A stretch of 64,000 nt of DNA from Opitutales bacterium (GCA_965218995.1 CBDCML010000003.1:1050523-1114522), one strand, 5' to 3'. Shown: positions 53,907 through 64,000, counted from the first letter of the stretch. Notes: generated by a model from the letters alone, not told the origin. Numbers and translations: made by a program.

Positions 53907-54995
53907 TCAGATGGCCATTCGGGTCTTATCCAGCTCTTCCAGTTTCATTCTGAGGAATTGGCTGAGGTCGTGGAGGTTGCCCCTGGTCTTCGAATTGGGA
54001 GGAAGGTCCACCAAACAGGCAACGGCTTCATCCAGTAAATCGGATACGAAGGTAATTCCCTGCTTATAGATGCCGTGCGATTCGAGAATTGTCCGGACGG
54101 TAGCTTCGTCTGCGTTCCGGAGGGCCCGGGTCAGTTTCCCGGAGGCTGTCTCGTTTTGACGGTTAAAAAGCTGGATAAGGGGGAGGGTTGCCTTTCCGGT
54201 GGAGAGGTCTGTGCCCAGGGTTTTACCTATTTTCTTCTCGTCCCCGATGAAATCTGCCAAGTCATCATAGGCCTGATAGGCGATACCCAGACGAGATCCA
54301 AATCCTCTCAGCACTCGGCATTGTTGACGGGGATAGCCCGATAGCAATCCGCCCAAGTAGGTGGACATGGAAAACAGCTCTCCCGTTTTCATGTCGAGCA
54401 GTTCCAGATAGTGATCCAGCGGTAGATTCCAGTCTCCGCGGCGAAAGGTTTGGGCAATTTCTCCTGAACAGACCCGGCGGGTGGACTGGGAAACCAGCCG
54501 GCAAACCTCCACAGTGTCGAATTGGGAGGCCAGATGCAGGGCATGAGAAAACAACGCGTCTCCCAGCAGCACGGCGGTGTGGGCGCCGAACTTGGCGCTT
54601 ACCGTGGGTTGTCCCCGCCGTTTTTCAGCCCGATCGAGGATATCGTCATGCACCAAGGTGGCGATGTGGACTAATTCTACCACTGCCGCAACCCGAACCA
54701 GCTTTTGCAAGGTCCCCGGGTCATCGCGGTCGCCGGTGAGGAACACCAGGGAGGGCCTGATCCGTTTCCCGCGGTTCTGCAGGCAATGATCGACCAGAAA
54801 GCGAATGGGGGGTTCGAAGTCCTGGACTTGCCTTTCCAGGAATTTACTGAGTTCGGCCATGGCGGGAGCCAATTGATTATGCAGATCATCCAGCGATTTT
54901 TGTTGGGTGGGGTTATCGGAAACGGTAAACATCATCGAGCTATACCATGCGGCGGTCCCCCCATTAATACAAGAAGCGAAAATCCATGGGTGCAA
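53907..54995 (-). CDS. polyprenyl diphosphate synthase
   Basis: DDxxD motifs LVHDDILD and AYDDLADF. The true start is probably an internal Met. Confidence 0.88.
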   Translation of the reverse strand: MHPWIFASCINGGTAAWYSSMMFTVSDNPTQQKSLDDLHNQLAPAMAELSKFLERQVQDFEPPIRFLVDHCLQNRGKRIRPSLVFLTGDRDDPGTLQKLVRVAAVVELVHIATLVHDDILDRAEKRRGQPTVSAKFGAHTAVLLGDALFSHALHLASQFDTVEVCRLVSQSTRRVCSGEIAQTFRRGDWNLPLDHYLELLDMKTGELFSMSTYLGGLLSGYPRQQCRVLRGFGSRLGIAYQAYDDLADFIGDEKKIGKTLGTDLSTGKATLPLIQLFNRQNETASGKLTRALRNADEATVRTILESHGIYKQGITFVSDLLDEAVACLVDLPPNSKTRGNLHDLSQFLRMKLEELDKTRMAI

Positions 54996-55007
54996 ATGGG
55001 TTGAAAT

Positions 55008-55508
55008 TTGTCTTTGCCCTCAGTTGGAGATTGGAGGAAAATCCAGGAGATGCCAAAAAGCGTGGTAGAAGGTTTTGAAAGCGATCCGGTCATCCAATAC
55101 TCCGTTTTTATTGAAAATAAGGTTGGGCGATTGAACGACTGTACCCGCTTGCTGGCCAGGAACAATATTCATATCCTGGCCCTGACCATTTTGGATACGA
55201 CCGACAGCAGTATTGTCAGAATGGTGGTGGATGATCCCGATAACGCCAGAACGGTGCTCAACTTGCAAGGATACTCCTTCAACGAAAGGGTGATACTGGT
55301 AGTGGAATTGGATTCGGTGATCGATGTGCCCAAATTATTGTCCACCATTCTTTCCGCCGAGATCAATGTGGATTACATCTATCCCCTTATTGCGAGACCG
55401 GGAGGAAAGTCTGCCTTGGCCATTCACCTGGAGGACATGGATATTGCGGCCGATGTGTTGCGGCACCAAAATTTTAAAGTTCTCGGCCAATGCGAACTTT
55501 CACGTTGA
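55008..55508 (+). CDS. ACT domain-containing protein (two ACT repeats)
   Basis: VFIENKVGRLNDCTRLLARNNIHILAL..., and a second repeat VVELDS...LLSTILSAEINVDYIY. The start is uncertain; MPKSVVEG at 55050 is possible. Confidence 0.65.
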   Translation: MSLPSVGDWRKIQEMPKSVVEGFESDPVIQYSVFIENKVGRLNDCTRLLARNNIHILALTILDTTDSSIVRMVVDDPDNARTVLNLQGYSFNERVILVVELDSVIDVPKLLSTILSAEINVDYIYPLIARPGGKSALAIHLEDMDIAADVLRHQNFKVLGQCELSR

Positions 55509-55565
55509 AAGGGGAATCGTTTGAGGCGGAGCACTGATTTTTTCGGGACTGCCAATGGGCAGGAG

Positions 55566-56105
55566 CTACTCCGATTCGGTGAAACTGATGAGGTGCATTA
55601 CCTTCAGGCCGCTGGCGCGAAGGAGGGAGGATCCATTGAGTTCGGGCAGGTCGATAATAGCACTGACATCCACCACTTCGGCCCCGATCTGCTGAAATAA
55701 TTTGCTGGCCCCCAATAGGGTGCCTCCGGTGGCGATCAAATCATCTACGATGGCTATGCGGTCTCCCTGGCGGGCCGAGTCGACGTGAATCTCGATAGCG
55801 CCTTTTCCATACTCCATGGAGTAACCAGCGGAGACGGTGTGGAAGGGAAGCTTTCCTTTTTTCCGAACCAGGATGAAGGGCAATCCCAGTTGGTTTGCCA
55901 CGGCGCCGCCAAATACGAAACCGCGTGCGTCGACTCCCGCTATACCATCGATACCGAGTGGCTCGTAGTGCCGGCAGAAGGCATCCACGATGAATCGGAG
56001 GCACTCGGGTGTTTGAAAAAGGGGCGTTACATCCCTGAATCGCACACCTTTTTCCGGCCAATCGGGAATGGTCCGGACGTGGGATTTTAACTCTGCAAGG
56101 TTCAC
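55566..56105 (-). CDS. apt: adenine phosphoribosyltransferase
   Basis: 179 aa with IPDWPEKGVRFRDVTPL and the PRPP motif IAIVDDLIATGGT. Confidence 0.93.
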   Translation of the reverse strand: MNLAELKSHVRTIPDWPEKGVRFRDVTPLFQTPECLRFIVDAFCRHYEPLGIDGIAGVDARGFVFGGAVANQLGLPFILVRKKGKLPFHTVSAGYSMEYGKGAIEIHVDSARQGDRIAIVDDLIATGGTLLGASKLFQQIGAEVVDVSAIIDLPELNGSSLLRASGLKVMHLISFTESE

Positions 56106-56192
56106 GAGTGGCTTTTAACCCCCATGGGAGGGGGGAGATCCATCACCTCAACGCCTGGAACTGCCAGTTTCGCTTATCCCGGCCAATGCCGG

Positions 56193-56891
56193 TCATTGAT
56201 TGGGATTAGCCTTCATCTTTGCCTTCAGGGAGATATGGTTGGCTCGTTTAAATTGATCGGGCAAGACCGGGTAACTGTAGTCCCAATTATCTATTCTCTT
56301 GTACTTTTCGAGCTCCGCCCGAAGCTCGACCTCGATCCGTTCCTGTTCGGCCAACGCCATCAACCTTTTTCGCTCCAGCTCTTCCTGCTGACGCTTTAGT
56401 ACATCCTGCTCCTGTTGAGCCGCTTCGATGGCGGCGGCCATTTCGGCCTTTTGGATTTGAGAATTTTCGGCGCTTTCTGAGGACAATTGTGCAAAACTTT
56501 CTTTAGCCTCATCCAGTAAAGTGGACAATTCATCCAACCTGGCCCGGGTTTGGAGGGCTTTTTCTTCCGCTTCAGCTCGGGCGGCTTCCTCTTTGGCCAG
56601 GCGGGCCTGAACTTCTGCAATCTTGCGCTCTTGGTCGGCCTTGGCCTGCTCCATTTGCAGCTTGGCCATGCGAAGCGCCTCTTCTTTTTCCTGCTCTAAT
56701 CGGGCCAGTTCCTCCGCGCTGATTGGCTCATTCCCACCTTCCTCTTGGATGACCGAATCGGAGGCGATGTCATCGGAAGGAATAACGGTTTCGGAGCCTT
56801 CTTTCATGTATTTCTGCAAAAACAGCACCCATCCGGCCAGGGCAAATATCACGGCAACGGTCAGGGCATTGGTGGATTTTTTCTTACTCAT
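56193..56891 (-). CDS. membrane-anchored coiled-coil protein
   Basis: N-terminal TM segment LTVAVIFALAGWVLF, followed by long E/A/K/Q-rich heptad-like sequence. Confidence 0.6.
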   Translation of the reverse strand: MSKKKSTNALTVAVIFALAGWVLFLQKYMKEGSETVIPSDDIASDSVIQEEGGNEPISAEELARLEQEKEEALRMAKLQMEQAKADQERKIAEVQARLAKEEAARAEAEEKALQTRARLDELSTLLDEAKESFAQLSSESAENSQIQKAEMAAAIEAAQQEQDVLKRQQEELERKRLMALAEQERIEVELRAELEKYKRIDNWDYSYPVLPDQFKRANHISLKAKMKANPNQ

Positions 56892-57049
56892 GAAGCGGTT
56901 GGTTTGGCTAAAGGGAACTTATGCCTGGTTGCTACTTGGAATCGACACACACTATTTTTTCGATTTTGTGGTTAATCAGAAAGGACATTCAGTTAAATTC
57001 CAAGTTTCTTCAATAGTTTGTTTAACCTTTCCATAAGGAATGGAACCTG

Positions 57050-57260
57050 GCCCGCATGTCTCACAAATCTTCTACTGCGCTCCGAAATCCCGGCACTGGT
57101 GCGGACTTCGTTGGATTCGCGACTTTGCAGGGTGTCGACCCAGCTTCACCCGCTCACGACTCGCCGTTGCATAGCAACTTTGCGACGCACGGTCGGCTCG
57201 AAACCCGCGCCAGCACTCGATCTTCGTTCGCTCGCGACGAATTTTGTGAGACATGCGGGC
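57050..57260. repeat. family-B MITE, copy B2 (inverted relative to B1)
   Basis: TIRs are gcccgcatgtctcacaaa and ttttgtgagacatgcgggc. Confidence 0.8.
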
Positions 57261-57291
57261 TAGTGCTTGACGCTTTGCCTTCAATGGAACA

Positions 57292-59130
57292 ATGCCTATT
57301 CAACCCACTGCTAACCTCCCGATCAAAAAAATGTTGGATTTTATAAAAAACACCTTCAGCAGCGTTCTTGGAACTCTCATTGCCCTCTTCCTCCTGGGTC
57401 TTATGGCCTTCTTGTCCCTGATCCTGGTTGCCCAGGCTCTGCAGGATCCCGAACCCCGGGTCCCGGAAAATGCCCTGCTGATGATCGATCTCAGCCTCAG
57501 CATCAATGACAAGCCCCCCACTGCAAGTATCGACCAAGTCATCGAAGAAGCGATTTTGGCTTCCCACATGGAGAGGGTCGGCCTGAGAAATCTGCTCAAT
57601 ACCATCGAATTCGCCAAAAGCGACGAAAGAATTGAGGGCATTTTTCTGCAAGGAAACCTGCAATCGGTCAACTTCGGTTCCGGCTACGCCGCCATCAGGG
57701 AGGTGCGGGCGGCCCTGGACGATTTCAAAAAGAGCGGCAAACAGATTTATGCCTATATTCTCAATGCCTTGCCACGCGACTACTACCTGATGAGCGTGGC
57801 CGACAAGGTGGCCATGAATCCCTTTGGGGAGATTTTTTTCAATGGAATGGGGATCGAAATGATGTTTTTCGCCAATGCCTTGGAAAAGTGGGGAATCGGC
57901 GTGCAACCTGTCCGGGCCGGAAAATTCAAGTCGGGGATCGAGCCCTTCGTGCAGGATCACATGAGTGAGGAAAATCGCCTTCAGGTCACCGAAATGATTC
58001 AGAAACTTTGGGATTCCATGGCCGAGGTGGCAGCCGAATCGAGGGGAATCCAGGTCGGTCAATTGAATGCGGCGGCCAATCGGGACCGCTCCTTTCGGGC
58101 GGAACAGGCTCTTGAAACCGGTTTGGTGGACGACCTGGTCTATTTCGATGAAGTTCTCAATCAACTCAAAGAGATAACGGGAGACGACCCGGATGAACGC
58201 ACCGTTACCCAGGTGGACCTGACCGACTACATGAAGGCGAACCGCGTGAAGGGGTCATCCCGGAGCAAGAACAAAGTTGCAGTGGTATATGTCGAGGGGG
58301 TTATCGTGGGTGGCGAAGGCCAATACGACCAGGCCGGCGCCAAAAAGATCGCCCGCCGTTTGCGGGATGTGCGATTGGACGATTCGGTCAAAGCGGTGGT
58401 TTTGCGCGTCAACAGTCCGGGTGGGGGCGCACAGGCATCGGAAATCATTCAGCGCGAAGTCCGTTTGCTGAGGGGTTCAAAACCGGTGGTTGCTTCCATG
58501 GGTTACGTCGCAGCCAGCGGCGGGTACTGGGTGTCCACCTATGCCGACAGGATATTTGCTCAACCCAATACCATTACCGGGTCGATCGGGGTGTTCGGCA
58601 TCATTTTCAACGTCCAGGAAATCGCGGAGAATTTCGGCCTGAATTGGGATTACGCCACCACCCACGATTACGCGGGCAGTTGGACCATAACGCGCCCCCA
58701 ATCGGAGGGAGAAATGGCCCAATTGCGGGAAACCACCGAATGGTACTATGCCAGATTTCTGCAAAAAGTTGCCGATTCGCGGGATATGGAAATCGAATAC
58801 CTCGATTCCGTGGCCCAGGGGCGTATCTGGATGGGCCATGAAGCGCTCAAGGTGGGCCTGATCGATGAAATCGGCGGCCTGGAGGACGCCATCGCCGAAG
58901 CGGTTGAAATGGCCGGTCTCGAGTCCGATTACCGCGTAGTGGATTTCCCTCGCGCCCACCAATTGGAGGAAGTGATTCAAGCCTTGCTGGAGGATCGCGA
59001 GTTGGATGTTTCCTTCGATCCCTCCCGGCGCATTTCCCGGCGCATTGAAAATGAACTTGAATGGCTCAAGGCGTTTGACGATCCTCAGGGCATCTATCTG
59101 CTTCCCGACATCCAATTCCAACTCTTCTGA
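57292..59130 (+). CDS. sppA: signal peptide peptidase SppA, 67K type
   Basis: 612 aa with an N-terminal TM segment and two ClpP/crotonase-like halves (...VVLRVNSPGGGAQASE..., ...MGYVAASGGYW...). Confidence 0.88.
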   Translation: MPIQPTANLPIKKMLDFIKNTFSSVLGTLIALFLLGLMAFLSLILVAQALQDPEPRVPENALLMIDLSLSINDKPPTASIDQVIEEAILASHMERVGLRNLLNTIEFAKSDERIEGIFLQGNLQSVNFGSGYAAIREVRAALDDFKKSGKQIYAYILNALPRDYYLMSVADKVAMNPFGEIFFNGMGIEMMFFANALEKWGIGVQPVRAGKFKSGIEPFVQDHMSEENRLQVTEMIQKLWDSMAEVAAESRGIQVGQLNAAANRDRSFRAEQALETGLVDDLVYFDEVLNQLKEITGDDPDERTVTQVDLTDYMKANRVKGSSRSKNKVAVVYVEGVIVGGEGQYDQAGAKKIARRLRDVRLDDSVKAVVLRVNSPGGGAQASEIIQREVRLLRGSKPVVASMGYVAASGGYWVSTYADRIFAQPNTITGSIGVFGIIFNVQEIAENFGLNWDYATTHDYAGSWTITRPQSEGEMAQLRETTEWYYARFLQKVADSRDMEIEYLDSVAQGRIWMGHEALKVGLIDEIGGLEDAIAEAVEMAGLESDYRVVDFPRAHQLEEVIQALLEDRELDVSFDPSRRISRRIENELEWLKAFDDPQGIYLLPDIQFQLF

Positions 59131-59139
59131 ACAATAGGC

Positions 59140-59694
59140 ATGGCCCAGACAAATTTCATTCTCACGCGGGATTGCCGGGCCACATTGATCCCGTCCGGGG
59201 ACGTGTTGGACCTTAGAGCGGGCACCAGAGCAATGCTCGTCCAGGCTTTGGGTGGAACGGTTACGGTGCAGGCCCGCGGCGGGCTTTACCAGATTGGCTC
59301 CAGCGATCTGGATGCCTTGGGGGAAGGGGCCCAAGCCGCCTATGGGGTGGAAGAGAAGTCGCAATCGGTGGCGGTGGGAGTATTTTCCGACACGGTCGTT
59401 TGGGATGCGTTGAGAACCTGCTTCGATCCGGAAATTCCCGTCAATATAGTCGACCTCGGGCTTATTTTCGACTTGCACAGCGAGAAGGGTGCAAACGGCC
59501 AATACCAGGTTTTTGTTAAAATGACCCTCACCGCCCAGGGGTGCGGAATGGGTCCGGCCATCGCGGCGGACGCCCGGGAGAAGATCGAATCCCTGCCCGA
59601 GGTCGGTTCAGCCCAGGTGGATATTGTCTGGGATCCCGTCTGGAATCCGCACATGATCAGTCCGGAGGGCCGGAAGATCCTGGGCCTGGATTGA
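59140..59694 (+). CDS. DUF59/MIP18-family Fe-S assembly protein (SufT-like) with N-terminal extension
   Basis: VWDALRTCFDPEIPVNIVDLGLI...LTAQGCGMG...VDIVWDPVWNPHMIS. Confidence 0.8.
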   Translation: MAQTNFILTRDCRATLIPSGDVLDLRAGTRAMLVQALGGTVTVQARGGLYQIGSSDLDALGEGAQAAYGVEEKSQSVAVGVFSDTVVWDALRTCFDPEIPVNIVDLGLIFDLHSEKGANGQYQVFVKMTLTAQGCGMGPAIAADAREKIESLPEVGSAQVDIVWDPVWNPHMISPEGRKILGLD

Positions 59695-59727
59695 CCCTGA
59701 GGCCGTCCCTGATAGTTCTGGACAGGT

Positions 59728-60552
59728 TTGGGGCCGGGCTTTTGTTTTAGGTCCTTTGTCGCGAAGAGCTGGCTTATGACATGGATCGATAAACTGGAAC
59801 GGCGGTTTGGCCACTTTGCCATGGCCAATTTGGCCCTTTATCTGGTGGCGGGCCAAATCATTGTATGGACGGCCAACTGGTTTAAGATTTTGCCGGTGGA
59901 GTGGTTTTACCTGAACCCCATTCTCGTGTTGAATGGGCAGGTTTGGCGCTTGGTAACCTTTCTCTTTATTCCGCCCGTGACCTGGCATCCCGTTTTTTTG
60001 GCTTTCGCCTGGTACATATTCTGGATGATTTCCTCCGCTTTGGAGGGAAAGTGGGGGACCTTCAAATTCAACCTGTTTATTTTTTTGGGGGCGGCATTCA
60101 CCGTTTTGGCCTCCCTGGTGTTTCCCTACCTTTACTATACCAACTATTATATCGCGCTGACGGTGTTTTTCGCCTTTGCCACCCTCTACCCGAATTTTGA
60201 GTTCATGCTTTTTTTCATCCTTCCGGTAAAGGTAAAATGGCTGGCTTTGATCTCTCTGGCCCTCTTGGTTTATGCCTTTCTGATGGGCGGGTGGCCCTCG
60301 CGCTTCATCATCGGCGCCTCCATGGCCAACTATCTTCTATTTTTCGGAAAGGATCTACACCGGTCCTTATACTACCGAAAACGGCGCCAGGCCCACACCC
60401 GAAAAATGCGGGAGATGCAGGACCAACCGTTTCATACCTGCTCCGTATGCGGCGCCACCGACAAGTCCAACCCGGAAAGGGAATTCCGTTACCGGGAGGG
60501 AAAAGGGGTGTGCCATGTCTGCCTTGAAAAAGAGGCTCAGGCCGGTAGTTGA
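59728..60552 (+). CDS. polytopic membrane protein with C-terminal Cys4 zinc-ribbon
   Basis: Several TM helices. The C-terminus is FHTCSVCGATD...GKGVCHVCLEKE. The start is possibly at 59776. Confidence 0.55.
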   Translation: MGPGFCFRSFVAKSWLMTWIDKLERRFGHFAMANLALYLVAGQIIVWTANWFKILPVEWFYLNPILVLNGQVWRLVTFLFIPPVTWHPVFLAFAWYIFWMISSALEGKWGTFKFNLFIFLGAAFTVLASLVFPYLYYTNYYIALTVFFAFATLYPNFEFMLFFILPVKVKWLALISLALLVYAFLMGGWPSRFIIGASMANYLLFFGKDLHRSLYYRKRRQAHTRKMREMQDQPFHTCSVCGATDKSNPEREFRYREGKGVCHVCLEKEAQAGS

Positions 60553-60595
60553 GCCCCCGCCATCAACTGCGTCAGGGTTACAAAGCAATCGGGAA

Positions 60596-60862
60596 TCATC
60601 CTCCTCCCAAGTGTTTTACAGGTGATGGTCGGCGCCTTCTTTCCTCAACTATCTTTGTCAAGTGATACACTACGGCCGTAGGCAGGGAAAATATGATAAG
60701 CGCTAAGATCCAGGCAAGTTTGATGCCATGCGACAAATCACTCCGAACAATGACATCTACAATGGCCCAAATCCATAGGACACTGGTTATCAAAATCAGG
60801 CCAAGAAAAATGGCTATAAAAATTTCAAGAGGACCGAGTTGCTGGAAAATAGCCAAGCTCAT
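60596..60862 (-). CDS. PLDc_N-domain small membrane protein
   Basis: 88 aa with WIWAIVDVIVRSDLSHGIKLAWILALIIF. Confidence 0.65.
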   Translation of the reverse strand: MSLAIFQQLGPLEIFIAIFLGLILITSVLWIWAIVDVIVRSDLSHGIKLAWILALIIFSLPTAVVYHLTKIVEERRRRPSPVKHLGGG

Positions 60863-60868
60863 GACAGC

Positions 60869-61816
60869 TCAAGCATTGAGCCGGTCGAGCACGGCCTTGG
60901 TCAGGGCAATACCTTCCATTTCGGGATGCTTGAGACCTTCATATTCAATGCCGACATAACTGTGATAACCGTGCTTGAGGACGATTTCCATGGCGCGTTT
61001 GAAATCCACCTGCGTCTCCCGCCCCTTTCGCTGACTTACCGTGACGTTGGGGTCGCTGCTCACCCCCCAGTCGTAAGACTTGGCGCTGACGGCCTTGGCG
61101 TAAGGCATCAGGTCCTCCATGCCCTGATAGATGTCGTACCATTCCCCTTTCTCCGGATCGATCAGGAAATTTCCAAAATCCGGAAGGGTGCCGCACCTGG
61201 GGTGATCGACGAGGTCCATGACCCCGGACAGCCATTTGCCGTTTGAGGATAGTCCTCCGTGGTTTTCCACAATTACGTTGAGGCCGAATTCATCCCCCTT
61301 TTCGCTGAGTTGTCTCAAGCCGTCCGCGGCGAGCTTTTGTTGTTCCTGGTAGGTTCCCCGGCTCGCCGCGTTGACCCGAAGAGAGTGGCATCCCAAAGTG
61401 GCGGCCGCTTCCAACCATTTGAGGTGATTTTCCACCGTTTGCTTGCGCTCAGCGCTATCGGGATGTCCTATCTGTCCTTCCCGGTCCACCATGATGAGCA
61501 GGTTGACCACGCCCTCTTCCGAGGCGCGATGGTTCATTTCCTTCAGGTACTCCCTATCCCGGGCCTTATCCATAAAGAACTGATTCACGTATTCGAGACC
61601 CTCGATTCCCAGTTCCCGGGCTGTCTTGGCAAAATCCAGATGGTCCAATGGTTCCTCCCCGTTCCTGCCCAACAGCCTCCGGTGCAGCGACCATTGGGCC
61701 AGTGAAATTTTGAAGGGAGGCCGGTTGGCACTGGCCGATTCCAGGCCATAGGGCCAGGAGATGGTTGAGGCGGCCATGGTCAGGGTAGTGGATTTGATAA
61801 AATTTCGCCTTTTCAT
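60869..61816 (-). CDS. sugar phosphate isomerase/epimerase (xylose-isomerase-like TIM barrel), TAT signal
   Basis: MKRRNFIKSTTLTMAAS is a twin-arginine signal. A TIM-barrel-like body follows (...VIVENHGG...). Confidence 0.8.
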   Translation of the reverse strand: MKRRNFIKSTTLTMAASTISWPYGLESASANRPPFKISLAQWSLHRRLLGRNGEEPLDHLDFAKTARELGIEGLEYVNQFFMDKARDREYLKEMNHRASEEGVVNLLIMVDREGQIGHPDSAERKQTVENHLKWLEAAATLGCHSLRVNAASRGTYQEQQKLAADGLRQLSEKGDEFGLNVIVENHGGLSSNGKWLSGVMDLVDHPRCGTLPDFGNFLIDPEKGEWYDIYQGMEDLMPYAKAVSAKSYDWGVSSDPNVTVSQRKGRETQVDFKRAMEIVLKHGYHSYVGIEYEGLKHPEMEGIALTKAVLDRLNA

Positions 61817-61932
61817 GGCGTCACCTTAGGGGAACCCAACTGAAGGGAAAGGGTAAAGTGAGAATCGGCCCGGCAACGCCTAATTGGTCTTGTCTAGAGG
61901 TTGGAAATGGCCCTTTACTGAGGATTCTTTTT

Positions 61933-63438
61933 ATGCCCGAACCAACAACTCCAGCTCAGGCTCCATTACTGGAAATCCGAAGCATTTCCAAAACATTCCC
62001 CGGGGTGCGGGCCTTGGATAATGTTTCCATCCGCCTCGAAGCGGGTGAGGTATTGGCTCTGGTAGGGGAGAATGGCGCGGGAAAAAGCACATTGATCAAG
62101 ATTCTGGGAGGGGCCCATCGGGCCGACGCGGGGGAGTTGTTCATGCAGGGCGAGCAGGTATCCATCAATTCGCCCTCCCTGGCCCAAGCTCTGGGGGTCT
62201 CCATTATCTACCAGGAGTTCAATCTGATTCCCGATTTGAATGTGCGGGAGAACATCTACCTCGGACGGGAGAGGAAAAAGGTATGGTTTCTGGACGAAAA
62301 CCGCGAAGCAGAAGGGGCAAATAAGCTCTTTGAACGCCTCGGGTTGAAGCTCGATCCCGAAACCTTGTGTCGGGATCTGACCATTGCGGAACAGCAACTG
62401 GTCGAAATTGCCAAGGCGCTTTCGCTGGATGCCAAAATCCTGGTCATGGATGAGCCCTCCGCCACCTTGACCCATCAGGAAGTCGATCGGCTCTTTTCCA
62501 TGATTCGGGATTTAAAGGAGGAGGGAATAGGAATAATTTATACCAGTCATCGCTTGGAAGAAGTGTTTGAAATAGCCGACCGGGTGATGGTTTTGCGGGA
62601 TGGCAGGCAAGTCGTGACCAAGCCGGTGTCGAAGGTGAATCGGCGCCATTTGATTGAATGGATGGTGGGCCGGTCGCTCGAGTCGGAGTTTCCTCCGCGC
62701 CAATCAAAGCCGGGGAAAGAATGTTTACGGGTGGAAAATCTATCCCGGGGGGAGGTGGTCAAGGATGTGAGTTTTACCCTGCGGGCCGGGGAGATTCTGG
62801 GTTTCGCCGGATTGGTGGGCGCCGGCAGGACGGAAACCGTTCGTTTGATCTTCGGCGCCGACAGGAAAGATGGCGGGACCGTATTCCTGGGTGGGGAAGA
62901 ACTTGACATTGAGAACCCCCGCCAAGCCATAGCCCGGGGTATCTGTCTCCTGACGGAAGACCGGAAAAACCAGGGTCTGGTGTTGATTCACAGTGTTTTG
63001 GAAAATTTCGGGCTGCCCAATCTAAGGGAATATTCAGGTCCGGTTTTCCTGGATGAGAAGAGGGAATTGGAGCAGTTCGGCAAGCTTGCCCGGGAATTGA
63101 AGATAAAAGCTTCGGGCCCCGGGCAGGATGTGGCCCATCTATCCGGCGGCAATCAGCAGAAGGTTGTCCTGGCCAAATGGCTGGCACGCAATTCGGACAT
63201 CATCATTTTTGACGAGCCGACGCGTGGAATTGACGTGGGGGCAAAGTTCGAAATCTACCAGTTGATGGGTGCCCTGGCCATGGCCGGGAAGGGCATCATA
63301 ATGATCAGCAGCGAGCTTCCTGAAATTTTGGGCATGAGCGATCGCGTAATCATCATGCGGGGCGGCCGCATACAGGGAGAAATTGAAGATGTGAACGAGA
63401 CGAGTCAGGAGGAAGTCATGCACTTGGCTGTGGAATAG
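61933..63438 (+). CDS. sugar ABC transporter ATP-binding protein (two ABC domains, RbsA/MglA-like)
   Basis: GENGAGKST, LSGGNQQKV and two Walker B sites (LVMDEPS, IIFDEPTRGID). The start is chosen at MPEPTT. Confidence 0.9.
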   Translation: MPEPTTPAQAPLLEIRSISKTFPGVRALDNVSIRLEAGEVLALVGENGAGKSTLIKILGGAHRADAGELFMQGEQVSINSPSLAQALGVSIIYQEFNLIPDLNVRENIYLGRERKKVWFLDENREAEGANKLFERLGLKLDPETLCRDLTIAEQQLVEIAKALSLDAKILVMDEPSATLTHQEVDRLFSMIRDLKEEGIGIIYTSHRLEEVFEIADRVMVLRDGRQVVTKPVSKVNRRHLIEWMVGRSLESEFPPRQSKPGKECLRVENLSRGEVVKDVSFTLRAGEILGFAGLVGAGRTETVRLIFGADRKDGGTVFLGGEELDIENPRQAIARGICLLTEDRKNQGLVLIHSVLENFGLPNLREYSGPVFLDEKRELEQFGKLARELKIKASGPGQDVAHLSGGNQQKVVLAKWLARNSDIIIFDEPTRGIDVGAKFEIYQLMGALAMAGKGIIMISSELPEILGMSDRVIIMRGGRIQGEIEDVNETSQEEVMHLAVE

Positions 63439-63460
63439 GTGGAGTTGCCGGGATGGATTC

Positions 63461-64000
63461 ATGAATAAACTATTAGACAACTACGGAATTTTTTGGGCCC
63501 TCATTGGACTGTGTGTGTTCTTCAGTTTATTGACCTTGAAGGAGCAAACACCCAGTGGGGAAGCCGCCGTCCGTGAGGTGGCGGAGGTCATCGAAAGCCA
63601 GTACCGAAAAAATGCCGTAATCATTGCGGTCGGGGCCCGCAACAAGGGATCGGCCGATTTTGTGGAAGCCCTGGTCCCCGCGCTTGAATCCAGGGGATTT
63701 TCCGAGGTCTTACCGAGTATCGGTTTACCACAGGACTTTCGCAAGCTGGTAGAGGACTTGAAAAAAGAGGGAAAATCCCTCCAGGTCATCGCGGCGACTG
63801 AGGACATTCTCAAATGGAGCATCGTCCGTTCTTTGGGGGACTACTTCCCGGAATATTCAGGCGCCCGGTTCATTGCCCCAAAATCCTACCTTTGGCCGGA
63901 TTTCCTGAAACGGTCCAACCTGTTGGCCATCGTGGATCGCATCGTGGTCATAGCCATCATAGCCATTGGGATGACCATGGTGATCATCACCGGCGGCATC
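63461..64000 (+). CDS. ABC transporter permease (partial, runs off window)
   Basis: Open frame from the ATG at 63461 to the window end: MNKLLDNYGIFWALIGLCVFF...IVVIAIIAIGMTMVIITGGI. Not in the ORF track because there is no stop in the window. Confidence 0.7.
   Translation, partial: MNKLLDNYGIFWALIGLCVFFSLLTLKEQTPSGEAAVREVAEVIESQYRKNAVIIAVGARNKGSADFVEALVPALESRGFSEVLPSIGLPQDFRKLVEDLKKEGKSLQVIAATEDILKWSIVRSLGDYFPEYSGARFIAPKSYLWPDFLKRSNLLAIVDRIVVIAIIAIGMTMVIITGGI

Noticed and set aside
57154-59502. 336-aa and 341-aa minus-strand ORFs opposite sppA
   Set aside because: Both are antisense to SppA. The first also runs through a MITE. Neither has recognisable motifs.

Overview
A 64-kb chromosomal segment, about 50-58% GC by eye. 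The gene content (sulfatases, Gfo/Idh/MocA and SDR oxidoreductases, TAT-signal xylose-isomerase-like protein, dense short intergenic repeats) suggests a PVC-type bacterium; this is inference only. Housekeeping and carbohydrate genes lie on both sides: sdhCAB, uxaC, uxaA, two sulfatases, madLM, apt, hpf, sppA, tRNA-Arg and a sugar ABC transporter. Between them sits a ~27-kb decaying defence and mobile island (about 18.6-45.9 kb). Its left edge is an IS3-family element that joins a truncated acyl-CoA synthetase gene to a truncated cas2. The island carries an AAA-ATPase/PD-(D/E)xK gene, a complete type III-B Cmr operon (HD-less Cas10, with a CARF-HEPN-CARF Csx1) and a type I-G (I-U) effector module (csb1-csb2-cas3 plus a small unknown). 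It also holds the wreck of a DUF1156-methylase/SF2-helicase system with a tightly coupled ABC-ATPase plus TOPRIM-like pair inside it, and an orphan 267-aa protein with a diphtheria-toxin-like YHGT motif. I saw no CRISPR array, cas1, cas4 or stand-alone cas6. Instead, three cas2 5' remnants each follow a module. Two near-identical inverted copies of a 1.85-kb IS4/IS5-type element lie 49 kb apart. At least five families of MITE/REP-like repeats fill the intergenic space. All family assignments rest on motif recognition by eye, not on searches.
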